Shown piece after piece: positions 1-14,225 of a DNA stretch of 64,000 bases; positions within the stretch are counted from its first letter, which is position 1, and the number at the start of each line of letters is the position of its first letter. Under the pieces are notes generated by a model. That model saw only the letters and a program-made list of their open reading frames with translations. It was not told the origin of the DNA and did no database searches. The DNA is from Parasitella parasitica NRRL 2501 (lineage: Eukaryota > Fungi > Mucoromycota). The translations under genes were made by a program, and so were the position numbers. Location of the stretch: assembly GCA_025201805.1 (NCBI GenBank), contig MU619254.1, positions 20,379 to 84,378 on the forward strand, written 5' to 3'.

Positions 1-88
1 TTCATCTCGACGCTTTGAAAGCTTCAAGAAGGAACGAAAGAAAAAAAAAATATTTGTTTCGAAAAGCCAAATAGTTGGATTTGACAGC

Positions 89-1397
89 ATGAGCAAACTC
101 TTGAAATACAATGGGTACAACTACCTCAGACAAAGACTTGTTCTTGCTACGCTGAGCGGCAAGCCCGTTCGTATCGAGAAAATTAGAAGCGATGATGAGA
201 ATCCAGGTTTAAGAGGTAGAGTGGATCAAAGGATGGCATTGACAGATCAAGCACTAAAACCACCATAGATTTCGAGATGAAGTTTCTGAATTTACTGGAA
301 AAAGTTACCAACGGATCGGTCATTGAGATTAGCTATACTGGTATTTTGCAGTGAATACAAACCCAATGGGCCATGGCAAATGTGTTGATATCATCATGTT
401 AGGTACATCTATCCTCTACAGACCAGGTGCTATTGAAGGTGGACGCATAGAACACGACTGCGGGACGGATAGAAGCATTAGTTACTTTCTAGAGCCCATG
501 ATTGCACTTGCGCCTTTTTCGAAAAAACCGTTTGTCTTGATCTTGCAAGGCATCACAACCGACCATATCGATCCCTCAGTAAGCACATTTTAGGTTACAA
601 CGCCTAGCGCAATATTAACAGTGATGTAACAGGTAGATATAGTTCGTACAGTCTTGTTGCCTCAATTAAAGAGGTTTGGTGTGGATTCAAATTTGGAATT
701 AAAGATTACAAAGAGAGGTGCACCGCCATTAGGTGGCGGCGAGGTTGTTTTTTCCTGCGCCCCTATCCGGCAGCTTAAACCAGTTCAGTTTATCGAAGAA
801 GGGCGCATTAAGCGTGTCCGTGGCATTGCTTACTGTACTCGCGTATCACCACAAACAGCTAATCGCTTGGTGGAATCAGCTCGTTCATTACTAAACAGAT
901 ACATCCCCGACATTTACATTTACACAGATGTGTACAAGGGAGCTGAAAGTGGAAAGTCGCCTGGTTTTGCATTATCGCTAGTAGCCGAGTCAAATACAGA
1001 TGTTTTATTATCTGCAGAAAAGGCAGCAGAGCCTGGACAAACGCCCGAAGATGTGGGCGTGATGGCGTCTAAACTCTTGCTGAATGAAATTCGCAAGGGC
1101 GGCTGTGTGGACACAACGAGTCAGTGGCTAAACCTACTACTGATGGTCTTGGCGCCTGAGGATGTTTGCAAGATTAGAATTGGTGAATTATCTGCTTTTA
1201 CGTAAGTTGTGGAAACGATCGACTTTGCTGCTGCTGCTGCTGCTAATGACGTTGTTTACTGTAGCATCCAATACCTGCGTGATATCAAGACATTTTTTGG
1301 CGTGTCTTACAAGATTCAACCGGATGATTCCAACGACACAATCCTGATGACCTGCATGGGCATTGGCTATGTCAACCAAAACAAAAAGACTACTTAG
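89..1397 (+). CDS. RCL1: RNA 3'-terminal phosphate cyclase-like protein Rcl1 (18S rRNA processing), multi-exon
   Basis: ATG at 89 gives MSKLLKYNGYNYLRQRLVLATLSGKPVRIEKIR. Later exons give HDCGTDRSISYFLEP, KRGAPPLGGGEV, RVRGIAYCTRVSP, GGCVD and CMGIGYVN. GT-AG introns join the track ORFs; TAG at 1395-1397. Confidence 0.93.
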
Positions 1398-1553
1398 AGC
1401 ATTGTACAGAACTAATAAAAAATACACATGTAAACCATAGCACTACACTTTTTGCAAAGTGACATGATGTGTTGATACAAACTGCGCTACAGCGCACCCA
1501 AAAAGACTGCAAAAATTCTTTCTTCTTTCTCCTACTACTAATTCGATATACAA

Positions 1554-1696
1554 GATACATACATACAAAAAAAAAATACATACAAAAATACATACAAAAT
1601 ACATACAATATATATATATATAAACAAACACACACACACACGCTCACACGCTCACACGCTCACATACACACATACATACATACATACGTACATACG
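1554..1696. repeat. Compound ATAC/AT/AC/CACGCT microsatellite in the RPB11 upstream region
   Basis: Runs of atac, ta, ca and cacgct are directly visible. Confidence 0.85.
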
Positions 1697-1718
1697 TTTA
1701 CATAGACGATAGCACAAG

Positions 1719-2273
1719 ATGAACGCACCCGATCGTTTCGAACTATTTGTTATTCCTGAGGGAAGAAAAAAGTATAGTATCCACACATTTTCAAGTGCAC
1801 AGGACATTCATCCGTATGCAAACTTAGGGTGGAGATGGAGGTAGACACAAAGATTCCAAATGCTGCTACTTTTGCTATTGAGCGAGAGGACCACACACTG
1901 GGAAATATTCTAAGAGGGTAATTCTGATAAATATCGGGCTAGGCCAATTCGCTAAGAAAACAAAAAAAAAAAAATTTCATCTAGTCAACTGCTGAAGGAT
2001 CCTAGGGTTTTATTTGCAGGCTACAAAGTCCCTCATCCTCTCGAACATAATTTTGTCATCAAAGTGCAAACGGTGCCTGGAACATCGCCTGGAAAAGCAT
2101 TGAAAGACGCAACATCTGAATTGATTTCAGAAGTGAACGCGCTAAAGAACAAATTCGACATGGAAGTTATTCGCCACCGCACCTTTGAAGACGCAAAAGC
2201 CTCGCAGTCTGGCTATGATGTTGAGTCTATGAATGCCATGGACCACCACGCTGGCATGGACGTAGATTTTTAA
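1719..2273 (+). CDS. RPB11: RNA polymerase II subunit Rpb11, 3 exons
   Basis: [10 protein letters not shown] at 1719; exon 2 [24 protein letters not shown]; exon 3 [17 protein letters not shown]. Confidence 0.95.
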
Positions 2274-2545
2274 TAGTGCAAAAGCAGGAAAGATAGTAGG
2301 AATGCATCTAAAACATTAAAATAAACCTTGGATAGAAACCATAATGTGTGCATTGTTGTCTAGTTGATTTCCTGTACAATGCCATGCCATAGACTGGGCT
2401 CACAGAATGAGCATTTGGATGTCGTTTATGGCATCCTTCCTAATTGAAAATTTTGTAGCCCTCGAGTGCAAATGCAGTGAAAATTCGGCGTATCAACCAC
2501 AAATCTTTGTCTGTCCGAAAACTTTACTCTTTTCACTCGTCTTAT

Positions 2546-5500
2546 ATGGCTGAAGAGCTTGTAGAACATCGATTCGTACAAATATTCCACGCCTGTGAAA
2601 AGGCGTCGTCCAAACTCGACGATTTTTGGAACACGCTTGCTCGAGCATCAACGATCGCTGTGTCTCATGGCTGCGAGAAAGTCTACGCTCGAGCCACGCA
2701 AAGCAAGGATCTTGACCTTTTACAAACTATTCAGAGTTTACAAAACCTGATACTGACGTACGATGACCCGACAAAAAACACCGTATTTCTGCGTACAATC
2801 ACACGATTACTGGCCTTCAATGAAAAGTCATCCGAAACGAGCAAGATGTCCTTCTACCATTGCAAAACAGACACTCAGCAAATCCATCCCTACGCTGTCG
2901 TGATGCGACAGAAGCCCCTCTTGTATCCCAGCTTACTGGAAGAAGTAGACTATCTCTTTGCGAATGAATTGTCGGTCGCCATTGACATTCTGCAAGGATT
3001 CATATCAGCTATTTTTCTGACCAAAACCCCCGTTGACTCAAACGCCCTGTTGATCCGTCTTACCAGCGCCATCATGGCTCTTGGACTCGAAAACGACATT
3101 ATAACAACCAGCATTTATACGTGCCTCTGTCAAGTCCTGCATAGGTATCCATTGCAAAAAGAGGACGAGAAATACCTTTCCCTGGTGGATTTCTTGATGT
3201 GGATGTCCATCACCAGCAAACCATACCAGGGACCGAGTGTCTTTAGTCCTAGCGACTACGTTTATCCTGTTGTTGACCGTTTTGTCACTTTTTGCTCCAA
3301 AGGATATCCAATACTCGCCTATCTGGCTCGTTTGGAACGCATGGTGGGTTGCTCAGACAGCACGGGCTCCGATGTGCTCTGGGTCTGCTTGTCGTATGGG
3401 TTGCTTCGATCGCAAACTATCAGAGAACAGCAAGCAATCATGCGGCTAATGAAATCTCTATACGGAAAGACCACAGGCAGCTTATCTCGTATTGCTTATT
3501 TACCCTTTTATCAGCTGCTGTCAGAGTTGAACGACAAGGACGCATCAAAAGAGCTAAACACTCTTAGAGATGATACTCTGTTCATGCTCTCTGAGCTCGA
3601 TGGTATCAACAAGGCTGCGAATTCGGATCATAGGCCAATCCAAGTGAGTAACCTGATTTGCTGTGACACTGCACTAGTCGTCTGATTTCTTCTGTAGCTG
3701 CAAGCCATCTTAAAAAACAACTGTATCTACGGTTTGCTTGCTCATATTTTGGTTTATATCGATGGATTTTACAAGGGCATTATCCCTGTCCTCAAGGATG
3801 GCTACAGCACAGGACCTGGTTTTACCTTGATTTTAAACATGCTGTTCAGCACTCCTCATGTCCATGGTCCTGATCTCGATACTCGATGCATTGTTTATTC
3901 TCGCATCACTGAACTGTCCTCACTGCCAGAGACATCATGCAAATTTCCTATGCTCTTGTTCCTTCTTCGTATGCTTCGTGCATCGTTTGATGAGCCTCGC
4001 TTGGTAACTCACCTATTCAAAGACGTCATTCCCACACTGGCCGACCCCAATGACCCTACAATCACTAGCAAAGTCCTCCAGGTAATCTTGTCGTCCATCA
4101 GCAGCAGCGACACTATGGCTAGCCTCGGTGTCAAGGCACTAGCCCACACTCATCAACGCCAGCCTCGCGTGTGGCAAGAACTCAAAAAGATATTTGCTGA
4201 CTGGGTCCTGCGTCGCAAGTCTGGCACAGTTCACCGCAAAATCGACCTATCCATCAGCGGTCCAATCAAGCTGGAATTGGCCATTCTGACCACAATGCGG
4301 GATGTTTGCAAGACAAGGCCAAGAGAGTGCGCGCCGGATGTGTTGCCCATGGTGATGTCGTTGTTGCAGACTTGCCACGATCTAAGCATGGCATCGCTGT
4401 CAATTCTCATGGCCTCCATCAACCACTGTATCAACGCTGGCTTGGTAGAGCCCCGTTCCATGTGGAACGTTGCTGTGGTGTATCTTGCTCAATTTGCACT
4501 GGATCAAGGGACGCAGAGATCGATTCTGCTGGTGCAAGAGTTATGCAAATTCTACTCCATCGCAGGATCCAGGAATGATAGTAGGTTGACATGTGCACTG
4601 TATTTTACCCCCCAAAAGAAAACATATAAAGTTGATCTGTTTGACTAGTTTCTGAGCCGTACCTCCAATTCAAAGAGACCCTGTTAACTGGTTTCGTGCT
4701 GCCACTGATTGATTCTGATGACAAACATGCTGCTGGCCATGCTATGCTTGCCTTGTCTGATTTTTCTGCCCAAGATATGGCCAGTATTTTACCTGAAAAG
4801 GCGTCTGATTACGTGCAGGCTGCCGCTCCAGTAGATGATTGCCCCAACAAAAGCCAGCATCTAGTTCTCGCTACGCTCATGTCAAACGAGCTCGACCACA
4901 TGCGTCGTGGGCTATTCAAAGAAGAAGCCAACAGGAAGCAGACAGCATCAATTGCAGCTGGCAGCCGAAAGCAGACCACCAATGATGCTGGACAAGTCGT
5001 TGGTGAACGCGAGGGTGAACTGCAAGCAATGCTTTCTCAGCTCTGGGAAGATGCACGTGTGGCACCCGGTCTTCGCTCTGGATACGCTATTGCAATGCTC
5101 TACACTCTGAACAGTAGAGACGCTCCAACAAAACCTACACTTGAAGATGTCAGCAAAGCCAAGTGGTATCGCTTTATGGTCACGTCATTTACGGATGTGT
5201 CATTGACGGATCACTTACTTCTTCGTGTCTCCAGCATCGATTCATGGAAAGCATTCTTCCAAAATGCACTGTCTGAAGCAAAGAACGAGCTGGAAGCCAT
5301 AGTCTCTGTCCTGCTGAATGATTTATCAGCAAGACTAGAAAGAAGCACTGTGCCTGGCGTCACTTGTAACATTGCTATGGCCATTACGGGGCTGGTTCTT
5401 GTCGTGCAACTGTACACTCCTTCATACGCTGCTACCTGTGCAAATGCCACTATCGACATGCTGATGAAAAACTACATTGTTCTCTCTGGATCACCTTTAT

Positions 5501-8088
5501 CGCACTCTGCCCACCTGATGAGTGAGGAAGTGCAATTTGCAGCGCGTTTTGCATTGGGCCACCTTGCCACATGTATCATCGGCAACGAGAAAACCACTCA
5601 TAGCATCAACACAGTGTTGCTCGATTCAGCTACGAGCTCAAAAACAAAGTATAAAAACATAGACGCCTCTGTAGACCTTGTCCAGTTTGCAAACGGCTAT
5701 GCAGCAGGCCACTTCGTAGCAGCTCTCGCAGTGCACCCAACAATGACCGAGCACATTGAAAACTTGAAGACGGCCGGTTTAGCCACCTTGCAAAAGTATT
5801 ACACATCAGACGATGCGTCTGAAAGCAGAGTTATTGGCATTCTGATGGGCCTTGCTTCGAAACTCCAGCCAGAAATGATGTGGAATGACGAAACAGTGTG
5901 CGATGAATTGGACGTTGCTAGTGGAAAACTTAAAGAATATCTCAAAGGTGAAAGCATCAGTAAAGGGTTGTTGCTCGGCTCAACTTGGGTTGTCGCGTTG
6001 GGCGCCCAGCAGAATTATGGCGTGGAGTACGAGTACTTCAACATCATTGAATCTGTCATGGCAGCTGCTTCTTGCGATGTAAGATACTGTCTTTCCAGGT
6101 TTTACCAAGCCAAGACTAATCATTTCCCAATAGCCCAATTTAGCACAGCATTTCTACCATTTTGTTGTCCCCTACACTCAAATTTTGTATCATAGCTACA
6201 TCCACGCTGATGCAAACGATGAAGCATCATTGTCAAACTACATTCGAGCGTTCGAACCTTTGTTCGGTAGTATTCAAACAGATGATGCCTCCAGCAATTA
6301 TCGTATCGCAAGCCTATTTGGAATTGCAGGTTTACTAGGAGCTGATTATCTCAATAGAAGCGCTGGCAACGTTTACACAGAAGCACAGCGTTACCAAGGC
6401 TCATCCAGGAAGGCTGGTTTAGATCAGCTAGCAGCCATCACAGGCCTTACCGTCAAATCTGCACCTACAGGCAATCTGAAGAGCGGCCGCATCGCTGCTG
6501 CTGTATGCGGAAAGGTGATAGCTCATGCCAACATGCTGGTAAAGACGCTTGATTCAGATCGCTCAGCTTCAGAATCATCTGCTGTGGACTCGATAGCGGC
6601 TCTAGCTTCCATTTCTTCTGAACCCACCAACTATAATCGCCTCAACAGTAATACGAGCTATCTCAGGGCTGTATTTGACAAGCTCAACCAAATTGCAAAC
6701 GATGCTCTTTCTAATGGACGCAATATTACAATGCTGTTACAAAGTCTCATCAAAACACCTGGCCCGTTGCCTCCGGTTAACTGGTTTGCGTTGCTGCTGA
6801 AGCTAAGCAAAGTATCGTCCGACTTGCAGCAACTGGGCTTCTTATTTGCATCGACACACGCTGCCACTTCCTTCTCCTTGACCGAGTATCTCGCAACGCA
6901 GACTATGGGTCTTTTAAAAGACGTCAGTAGCTTTTCTTGTGCCAAATCGAGATTCTTATTTTCTAGAAATGATGATCATGCTGAAAATCCATTCGATATA
7001 GTACTCTCGCTTGGTGGACTACCGCAAACCGCCAGAGAAATCAGACGAGGCGAGAAGAAGCGACGAGGCATGAATGCAGTTACCAAGAAGATCAGCATCT
7101 CTGAAAGCAGAATTTTGGAAATTATCACGCTGTTAACTGAGCGCTTTGGACTATTCGATCAAGACATGCAGGTATATGGTTACTTTTTAAAATACGCGCC
7201 TTATTCTCAATAAGGCTAACATCGTCGGTAGTATGAAGCGCTGGATACATTAGCAGATCATCTACCGCCCTCTACTGACAGCGCGCCATTGGACGAAAGT
7301 AGATCCAAGCTCGTTTCCGCTATTCGTACATTGGTTTTTGAATCAGTCATCACTCGACTTCTAGGGGACAAGTCCACATCAGAAAAGGTGCTTCGTAAAG
7401 CAGTAGCATGTACCCATATCAACAGCATCGAGCAACTGTTTCCAGCTGCTGGAAGAGTAGAGGATTGGAGAGAAATTGGCCTTCCAATGAACTACGTCGT
7501 TTATCTCTGCGAGACTTACAATTTCTCTAAAAACAAGCAAAGTGTCATCAAGTACATCAGCACTGCCATTACGTTTTTGATCGGGGATTCCCCTCCTTTG
7601 TCTTGCTGGAGAGCGATTGCAGAGATGGTTAGAGATGATTGCGAAACAGACAAGGATGCTCTGGGATGGATAATCCGTGTTCTCGATGCCTTTGTAGTTT
7701 CCCTAAGTGATAACAACGCTGGTAGACAGTTTGAAGAGGACATGTTGATGAAGGCTATTGACACTGGCCTTCGTTCGATTTTGGCCGAGTTAAGCTGCAG
7801 TCCAGATAATCTGTCCACTTCCCAAATGCAGGCTGCGGATACTGCTTATTTGCTGACCTATTTTATTGATATTGGAAACAACCATAACACTGAGCAGGAA
7901 CAGGTACGCAATCCAGTGTTTTGTTGCTGTATTTCTCGGATTAACTCTCTTTGTAGATTACTAAACGCATTTTCAAATTGATGAAGATGGCCAACAAATT
8001 AACTGGCACAGCTTCTGTCAATTTTTTTAAAAGAGTAGCGCTTGGAATGCCTCCTTCATACTTGCCACAGCTTGAAACAAATTATTAA
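2546..8088 (+). CDS. Large ARM/HEAT-like protein, focadhesin (FOCAD)/RST1-like (DUF3730 family), 6 exons
   Basis: Five long same-strand ORFs plus a short last exon (ITKRIFKLMK...LETNY*, TAA 8086-8088) are linked by GT-AG introns. The motifs RDVCKTRPRECAPDVL and PPVNWFALL resemble focadhesin as I recall it. Confidence 0.65.
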
Positions 8089-10602
8089 ATAAACACTGGT
8101 CCAAAAAAAAAAAAAAATCAATCACCAATAGTGATATAATCACTTGTAGTCTCTTTATATATTGTCTTTGGGGATAATCATTATGTCTTGAATAACTCTC
8201 ACTCTCAAATATATTCATGAATATCGATCTCTGGTCATGACCATCTTTTGTACCGGTATTCACGAATTCAAATTTATGACGATTGAGTATATTTAAAAGG
8301 TCAAGTACGATGGCCTATCAACTTGATGACATGTAAAGTCTTTACGTTGTATTGAGCCATGTATACTTATGTAATAAGAAGCAGAACAGTGAAGCAACCC
8401 AAGCTCCGCGAGCACCTTCAATGAGGCAGCAAAACGAAAACCAAGCTGCCTTCAGAAAAGTCAATTACTTCTATTTCCATGCAAGTTGCGTCGAGAACTG
8501 GGGCTCCCCCAAGCCCACGGAGACGTTCAACCACCAAGACAAGTCAAGAAGGTTGGTCCCCTTGTTGAGGTGTCTTCCTTGTTTGCCCATCTTCCGCGTC
8601 ACCATGTAGATCTCAATGGACACCTCCGACGCTAAGCGGCTTAGCCAGAGACCAACTTTTTAACAAGAGTCAACTTTATACGGTACCCTTTGGACTTGTA
8701 GCTGCGTCAAGATTTAGGATCCCCCTCCTCACAAGCCCACGGAAATCTTTACACAAAGAAGACAAGCACATACAATATACCAAATCCCAAATCCCAAACC
8801 CGTAAGGCCGGCCGGTCGCGAAAAGGTTACTCTCCGTGTAATTGTGTCTGGTCCATGGCGATGAACAGTGATGAGAAAAAACGAAAAGAAAAAGGAAGCC
8901 ATGATTGCTCTGGTCCTGGTTTTTAAAAGTCTGTACACTATTCTGTTTGAATGTTTTATGTGTCAATGTTGGAATTGAGATGAGCTCATATACAGTTGTA
9001 GGCAAAACCCGACCAGACCAAGGACTTTCCGTTATGCCTGGGATGGGTGTAGAAGGCATAATTTTTGGCCACAAGATCAAGAGCTGCTGAACGTGATGGT
9101 GGTATGGAACCAATAAATAATTCGCTATTGTTGCTATTGACGCTTTTGTTGTTCATCTTTGTTATCTCGTGGAAGATGCTTTGTTGACATAGCGACTGCA
9201 ATGATGGGATCGCCATTGACCAACATAGCAGGTTCCAAACCAGCATCTTGATGTAATGTCGACAGCTGATTCTCCATAATGATTTCGAGCCCATAAATCA
9301 AACGGGCAGCATCAGATGCAGATAATTTGGTTGTCATTGCTAATAAAAAAACAAAAACAAAAAAGACTAGCCAGGTGGCCACTTTAAATTGTATTCAACC
9401 TTGTAACTTTTCTTTATTGAGGCATTTAGCAAAACATTTAGCAGGACAAGTTACAAAACCTTAATCACTCAAATATAAGCTATTGCATGCTTCATTTATT
9501 CTAGTCTTGAGCGATTCTTTTTCCTAAAACTTATTTCGCTAAAGTTTACTCTTAGCGATTGATCAGAACTGCTCGTTTGGATTCATTTCACTAGAATTTG
9601 AAGGAAGATGAACATAGCTTTATCCTCAAGATTGTCATACTTGGTATAAAATCCCTTCAAATGCGAGTCTTTACATATCGAGCCGAACAAAACCTGGCCA
9701 TGTGACATAAAGTGCACTTACATCGACACAGATATTCGGTTACATATAATGTGATTTGAATTTGGTCCATGGGTTTCCTCTTGCTCCTGAAATTCCATCA
9801 TTTAGTTTCTTATCAGAAAAAAGCCATCTTTTGGTGAATTTACATAATTTTTTTGAAATAGTAATTGATGCCTGCTTTCCAGATTAAAACCTGCGAGTGT
9901 TCTCCACAGACGTTATAAATTGGAATCCACTTTCAATTAAGCTGCAACAAATTAGAGGAATTCACTTTATTGCCATAACGCCTGTTATATCTTGAATTAT
10001 AGCTATTCATATACTTGTAAACAGGATAGCGAGATTGACAATGGAGATTACTGACGCTTATAATGCATAACCCATGATAATAAAGTACCCTAAACAATAA
10101 AAGATAATTGGCTTTAGTTACACATCCCAAGGTCAAAATATAAAAATCGTGAATAAAAAGCAGGAGCCTCACTCCATAATCTAGGTTCACCGAAGCATAA
10201 ATAGTCTCTTTGATATTGCACCCAATTGACACTACAACGAGTTGATTGTACACTCGTACATATCATTTCAACAAGACAATGACGCTGCCAATACATACAG
10301 TTGGTATTTACATATTTATCGACCCAGATGATGCCAGCAACATCGATGTCTTTGAGAAGCAGGTAATTCACGTCGAAAGCATTGTTCTCATGTCAAACGC
10401 AAGTAATATTCACACATCACTACTATACGAACAATAAAATAGGTCAAGTCATATGAGATCGAGATTAGTGTTGGCACAATATTAGCAATCAAGTGCTACC
10501 ATTGAGATCAAGTAGACAATGAACTTCGGGTTTTTACATATACATATATAAATAGTAAATTTAGAAGTTTACAATGCTCCCTTTTTCTTTTCATGGCTTG
10601 AA

Positions 10603-11649
10603 ATGTCCATCTATAAACTACCATTAGAACTTTTATCTGCAGTGTTTCAGTTCGTTGACTCTGTTCAACAAATGGCTCAATGTAGATTGGTGTGCAAGTC
10701 TTGGAATATATGTGCTGAGCCAGCAATGTTTGGAAAGCCATTCGTCATAAAGACCCTACACGCTGCGTGGAGTCTGTATCGTCATTTATATTCCAATCCA
10801 AACAATGGAATGCAAATCAAGTATTTTGCATTCATCAACAGTAGGAATTGTGGTAATTTAGCAGCACTTCAGCTAGAATTGTTGCAATACGTATTTAATC
10901 CAAACCTGGAGGTGGTCAGGTTATTGTTTACTGCAGATGACAATGCTTTATTTTTCAACCAAGTTCGTAAAATTGCAAAGGATCCGCGATACCAATTCAA
11001 AAAACTGAGAATCTTTCAGTCCAGCCAGTTTTACGACACTTCCTACAAGTTGACTTTGCTCGCCTTTAGACAGACTATACAGCAAGTAAGGATAGAACCA
11101 AGCGATGATAGGTTTGTCAATTGTTTGCACAAGTTTAAATGCTTGACGGTGGTAGAGGTTGACATGAACTCCAGTAACCTTGAACAATTAAACGCTGCCT
11201 TGTCTGAATGTCATTCTCTGCAAGAAGTGAAAATGGTACGTGGCATGCCAACTGCATCGAGGACTACAGAACAGCTTCGTTTTTGGGCTAAACGGAACGT
11301 ATCAACAGTGGACACTGTAAAAAAAATCTCTTTTAGTGGCATCTACCCAAGCCCTGAAGTAATTGAATTTCTGACTATCAAGTATCCTCAAATCGAAAGT
11401 GCGTATGTAAGTATACTCTATCAGGTCTGTGATTATCAAGCTTACCGTGAATTTACTGATCGTGTCATCAATGCATTCGGAAGATTGGCACCTGCTGTCT
11501 ATCAAATAAAATCTACTGCAGGTTTGGCAAGTGTCCTGGAAGATGTTCACGTTTGCGCGCGGAAACATAATAATTTGACTCTTACCGAACTCGTATTACC
11601 AAAGTCTCCCCGGTTGATACTCCAGATTGCTAAAGTAAAAGCTATATAA
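10603..11649 (+). CDS. F-box protein with degenerate LRR-like C-terminus
   Basis: N-terminal LPLELLSAVFQFV...CRLVCKSW F-box motif; intronless 348 aa ORF. Confidence 0.85.
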   Translation: MSIYKLPLELLSAVFQFVDSVQQMAQCRLVCKSWNICAEPAMFGKPFVIKTLHAAWSLYRHLYSNPNNGMQIKYFAFINSRNCGNLAALQLELLQYVFNPNLEVVRLLFTADDNALFFNQVRKIAKDPRYQFKKLRIFQSSQFYDTSYKLTLLAFRQTIQQVRIEPSDDRFVNCLHKFKCLTVVEVDMNSSNLEQLNAALSECHSLQEVKMVRGMPTASRTTEQLRFWAKRNVSTVDTVKKISFSGIYPSPEVIEFLTIKYPQIESAYVSILYQVCDYQAYREFTDRVINAFGRLAPAVYQIKSTAGLASVLEDVHVCARKHNNLTLTELVLPKSPRLILQIAKVKAI

Positions 11650-12371
11650 GTAGCTTCTCGCATATAACCCTTATTTTTCAACTAATCAAACACTTTCCAT
11701 TTAATATCTTTAATACGCTTCTTATTTTCATACTATAGAGCAGTTTTCGCTTTGATAATTTAAATACTTGTACATACTTTAAATAATAATAAAAAGCTTC
11801 AAAATTCTTGAGAGCCTTACGAGCACTGTGTTAATGTGAGAGACACTATATTGAGCATAAGCTCTTTCTGTTAATTGTTTATTAAAACCAGGGCTGGCTT
11901 AAGTGTAAAACTGCCGTCTATCACGCATTCGTTCAATGAACACATATGCCTGGATGCTACAGCTATTAAACAATTGTGGAATGATCTTTGTGAAATATCT
12001 AGCAATGAATAGTATACGTTTTATTTAGCAAAAAAAAAAAAGAAAAGAAAAAGAAAATAGTGATATTGAGGGTATTTGAAGTCGTGCTTGATGAATGTAT
12101 ATTCGGCAAGCTGTCAATAAATGAATACATGGAAATTATCTTGTCTGGTATCACAAGTAGATTTTTCCGTCATTGAAAATTATCACTGAAAAAGTCATAA
12201 TGTACTGATCTTGTTGTACAATTCTTGCACATGCTTTGAGCGATTTAGTAAGTTGATACTTGGCGATACGCTATTTACACTGCCGCTCAGACGTCAATTT
12301 CTTTACTAGTACGCACTAAAATTATTCAAGACACAAATTTCTAGCTTAAATATGCTCCAAAAAAGTATCAT

Positions 12372-13727
12372 TTATTCGACATGTTCATATCTTTGCACAG
12401 GAACATTCAACAGTTCATACATATTTGCCAGTTTGGATTCTGCCCATCCATGCTCTCTTATAAGATGAATCACCTTTCCAGTTGCAAATCCCTGAGGACT
12501 CAAACGACCAGTTCTTCCTGCCATGTGCACATAGGAAGTGGCAGAAGCAGGCATCCCAAGAATAAACACATGCGAGACACCAGGAATATCCACTCCTCTT
12601 GCTGTAAACTCTGTAGCGACCCACAAATCCGGCGTTTTCTGCTTTTTGTAGTAATCCTTGATGTCTTCCGCAACAACGCCATGCTCTTGAAGCTTCTGCT
12701 TGACTAGTGCCACGCTAATCGTAGGACCAACAAACAAAATTCCATTCTTCACAGTTTCCAGTTCTTGCAAAATAGCTAAACTCTCCACCATGCGATCATC
12801 CATATCATCGAAATCTACCCTATTGTCATCTTTTGTGAATGAAGCGTTGTCTTTTTCGCTTCGATCCCGTTTAGGTGTGAGATTGCGAATTGTATCGTTA
12901 GAAATGACGAGACAGTGGCGCTTTGTTGTATTGTCGTCACTTAATTGTGAGCCATGCGCCAAATCGACAAAGAATGGATCCTTTAGCCATCTTTTTTGGC
13001 TGATCAAAAAGTAGCGGAGTGGTCTATTCAAAGTGGCTGAGGATATCATGGTTTGGTGTTGTCCCACGAGCTGATCCAGCAAGCGTTCAGCAGGTTTGGG
13101 ATGAGCAGTACGCTTGGATTGTTGACGTGCGGTGGCATATCTTTTCGGAAGTGAGAGAGCTTGATCGGCTTCGTCCAATATCACTCTTTCTAAAGCATGC
13201 AGAGGTAATTCATCTTGTTGGAGCAGATCCAGAATACGGCCAGGCGTCCCCACCACTGTGTGTGGAATTATATCTTTGTCGCGGTCGACCTCTGCATCAG
13301 CAAATACTTTTAAATTGCTCCCATCGCTCAATTGTTGAATCCAACTGCCAATCTGGTAGGCTAATTCTTGGTTGGGCACAATATACAGTGAATGAACACT
13401 TTTACGTTGACATGCGTGGCGTGGAATCAACGAAGCTAGTGTTAGTGCTGTTCCAAATGTCTTCCCTGTGCCTGTTCTGTCGCGTAGCAGTAAATCTTGT
13501 TGACCGGCAAGTAGTCTAGGTATAAACTGTTCTTGGGCAAGCGTCGGTCGTGTGACATTAAAGACTGACTCTAATTTTTGACATGTTGAACGGCATATTC
13601 CTAATGACTTTGAGGATTATGTGTCAACAGCAAAACAGCACAGCAGCCTAGCCAAGTTGGTATAGCTTACCTCAAATGTGGAATAAAATCTTTGTGCTGT
13701 CAGCTTTATTGAATTTCGAGCAAACAT
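12372..13727 (-). CDS. DEAD-box RNA helicase, probably mitochondrial, 2 exons
   Basis: Exon 1 (13727-13671) is MFARNSIKLTAQRFYSTFE, presequence-like. Motifs: Q PTLAQ, I RTGTGKT, Ia PNQELAYQI, Ib GTPGR, II DEAD, III SAT, V ARGVD, VI HMAGRTGR. Confidence 0.88.
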
Positions 13728-14225
13728 TTTAAAAACACAAAAAAAACAAGTAAAAGAAGAGTGGTAATTTCAGATGGAAAATAGTTTATTAAATGACAAA
13801 ATTATAATTAAACCAGGGCACCCAGAAGAACTGCCTCAATCTGTTCAAAACAAAAATAAAAGAGTTAAAAACCATGTAAAAAAGAGGTATAGCAAGGAGA
13901 TGTATGTTAATTTTCTGCTGTTTGTTTCTTTAATCAGCCAAAGGCAATAGTTTGTCTTCAGTATAAATGCAGAACAGGTCTGTTTTGTTCATCCTTTAAA
14001 GAAAGACCCAGCAAAAAAAAATAAAAAATACACACACCTTCCTTTCCCAATTGTTTACTAATACTTGCCTTAATGTTCCAACGATGTCTGAGAGGAAAAG
14101 CCATGAAAACTTTTCTCTGGATTTATAGTTTTGGGCCGAAATTTCGGACGACAAGATCTACGATGACAAAAATTTTTCGTTTTAGACAGTCCATATACCC
14201 AAAGCCACTATTGAATATCTTGAAG

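Noticed and set aside
1390-1705. Short ORFs on both strands over the microsatellite
   Set aside because: They are artefacts of simple repeats lacking stop codons.
9900-10440. Possible decayed F-box/LRR gene upstream of the intact F-box gene
   Set aside because: Only vague fragments in several frames; no diagnostic motif.
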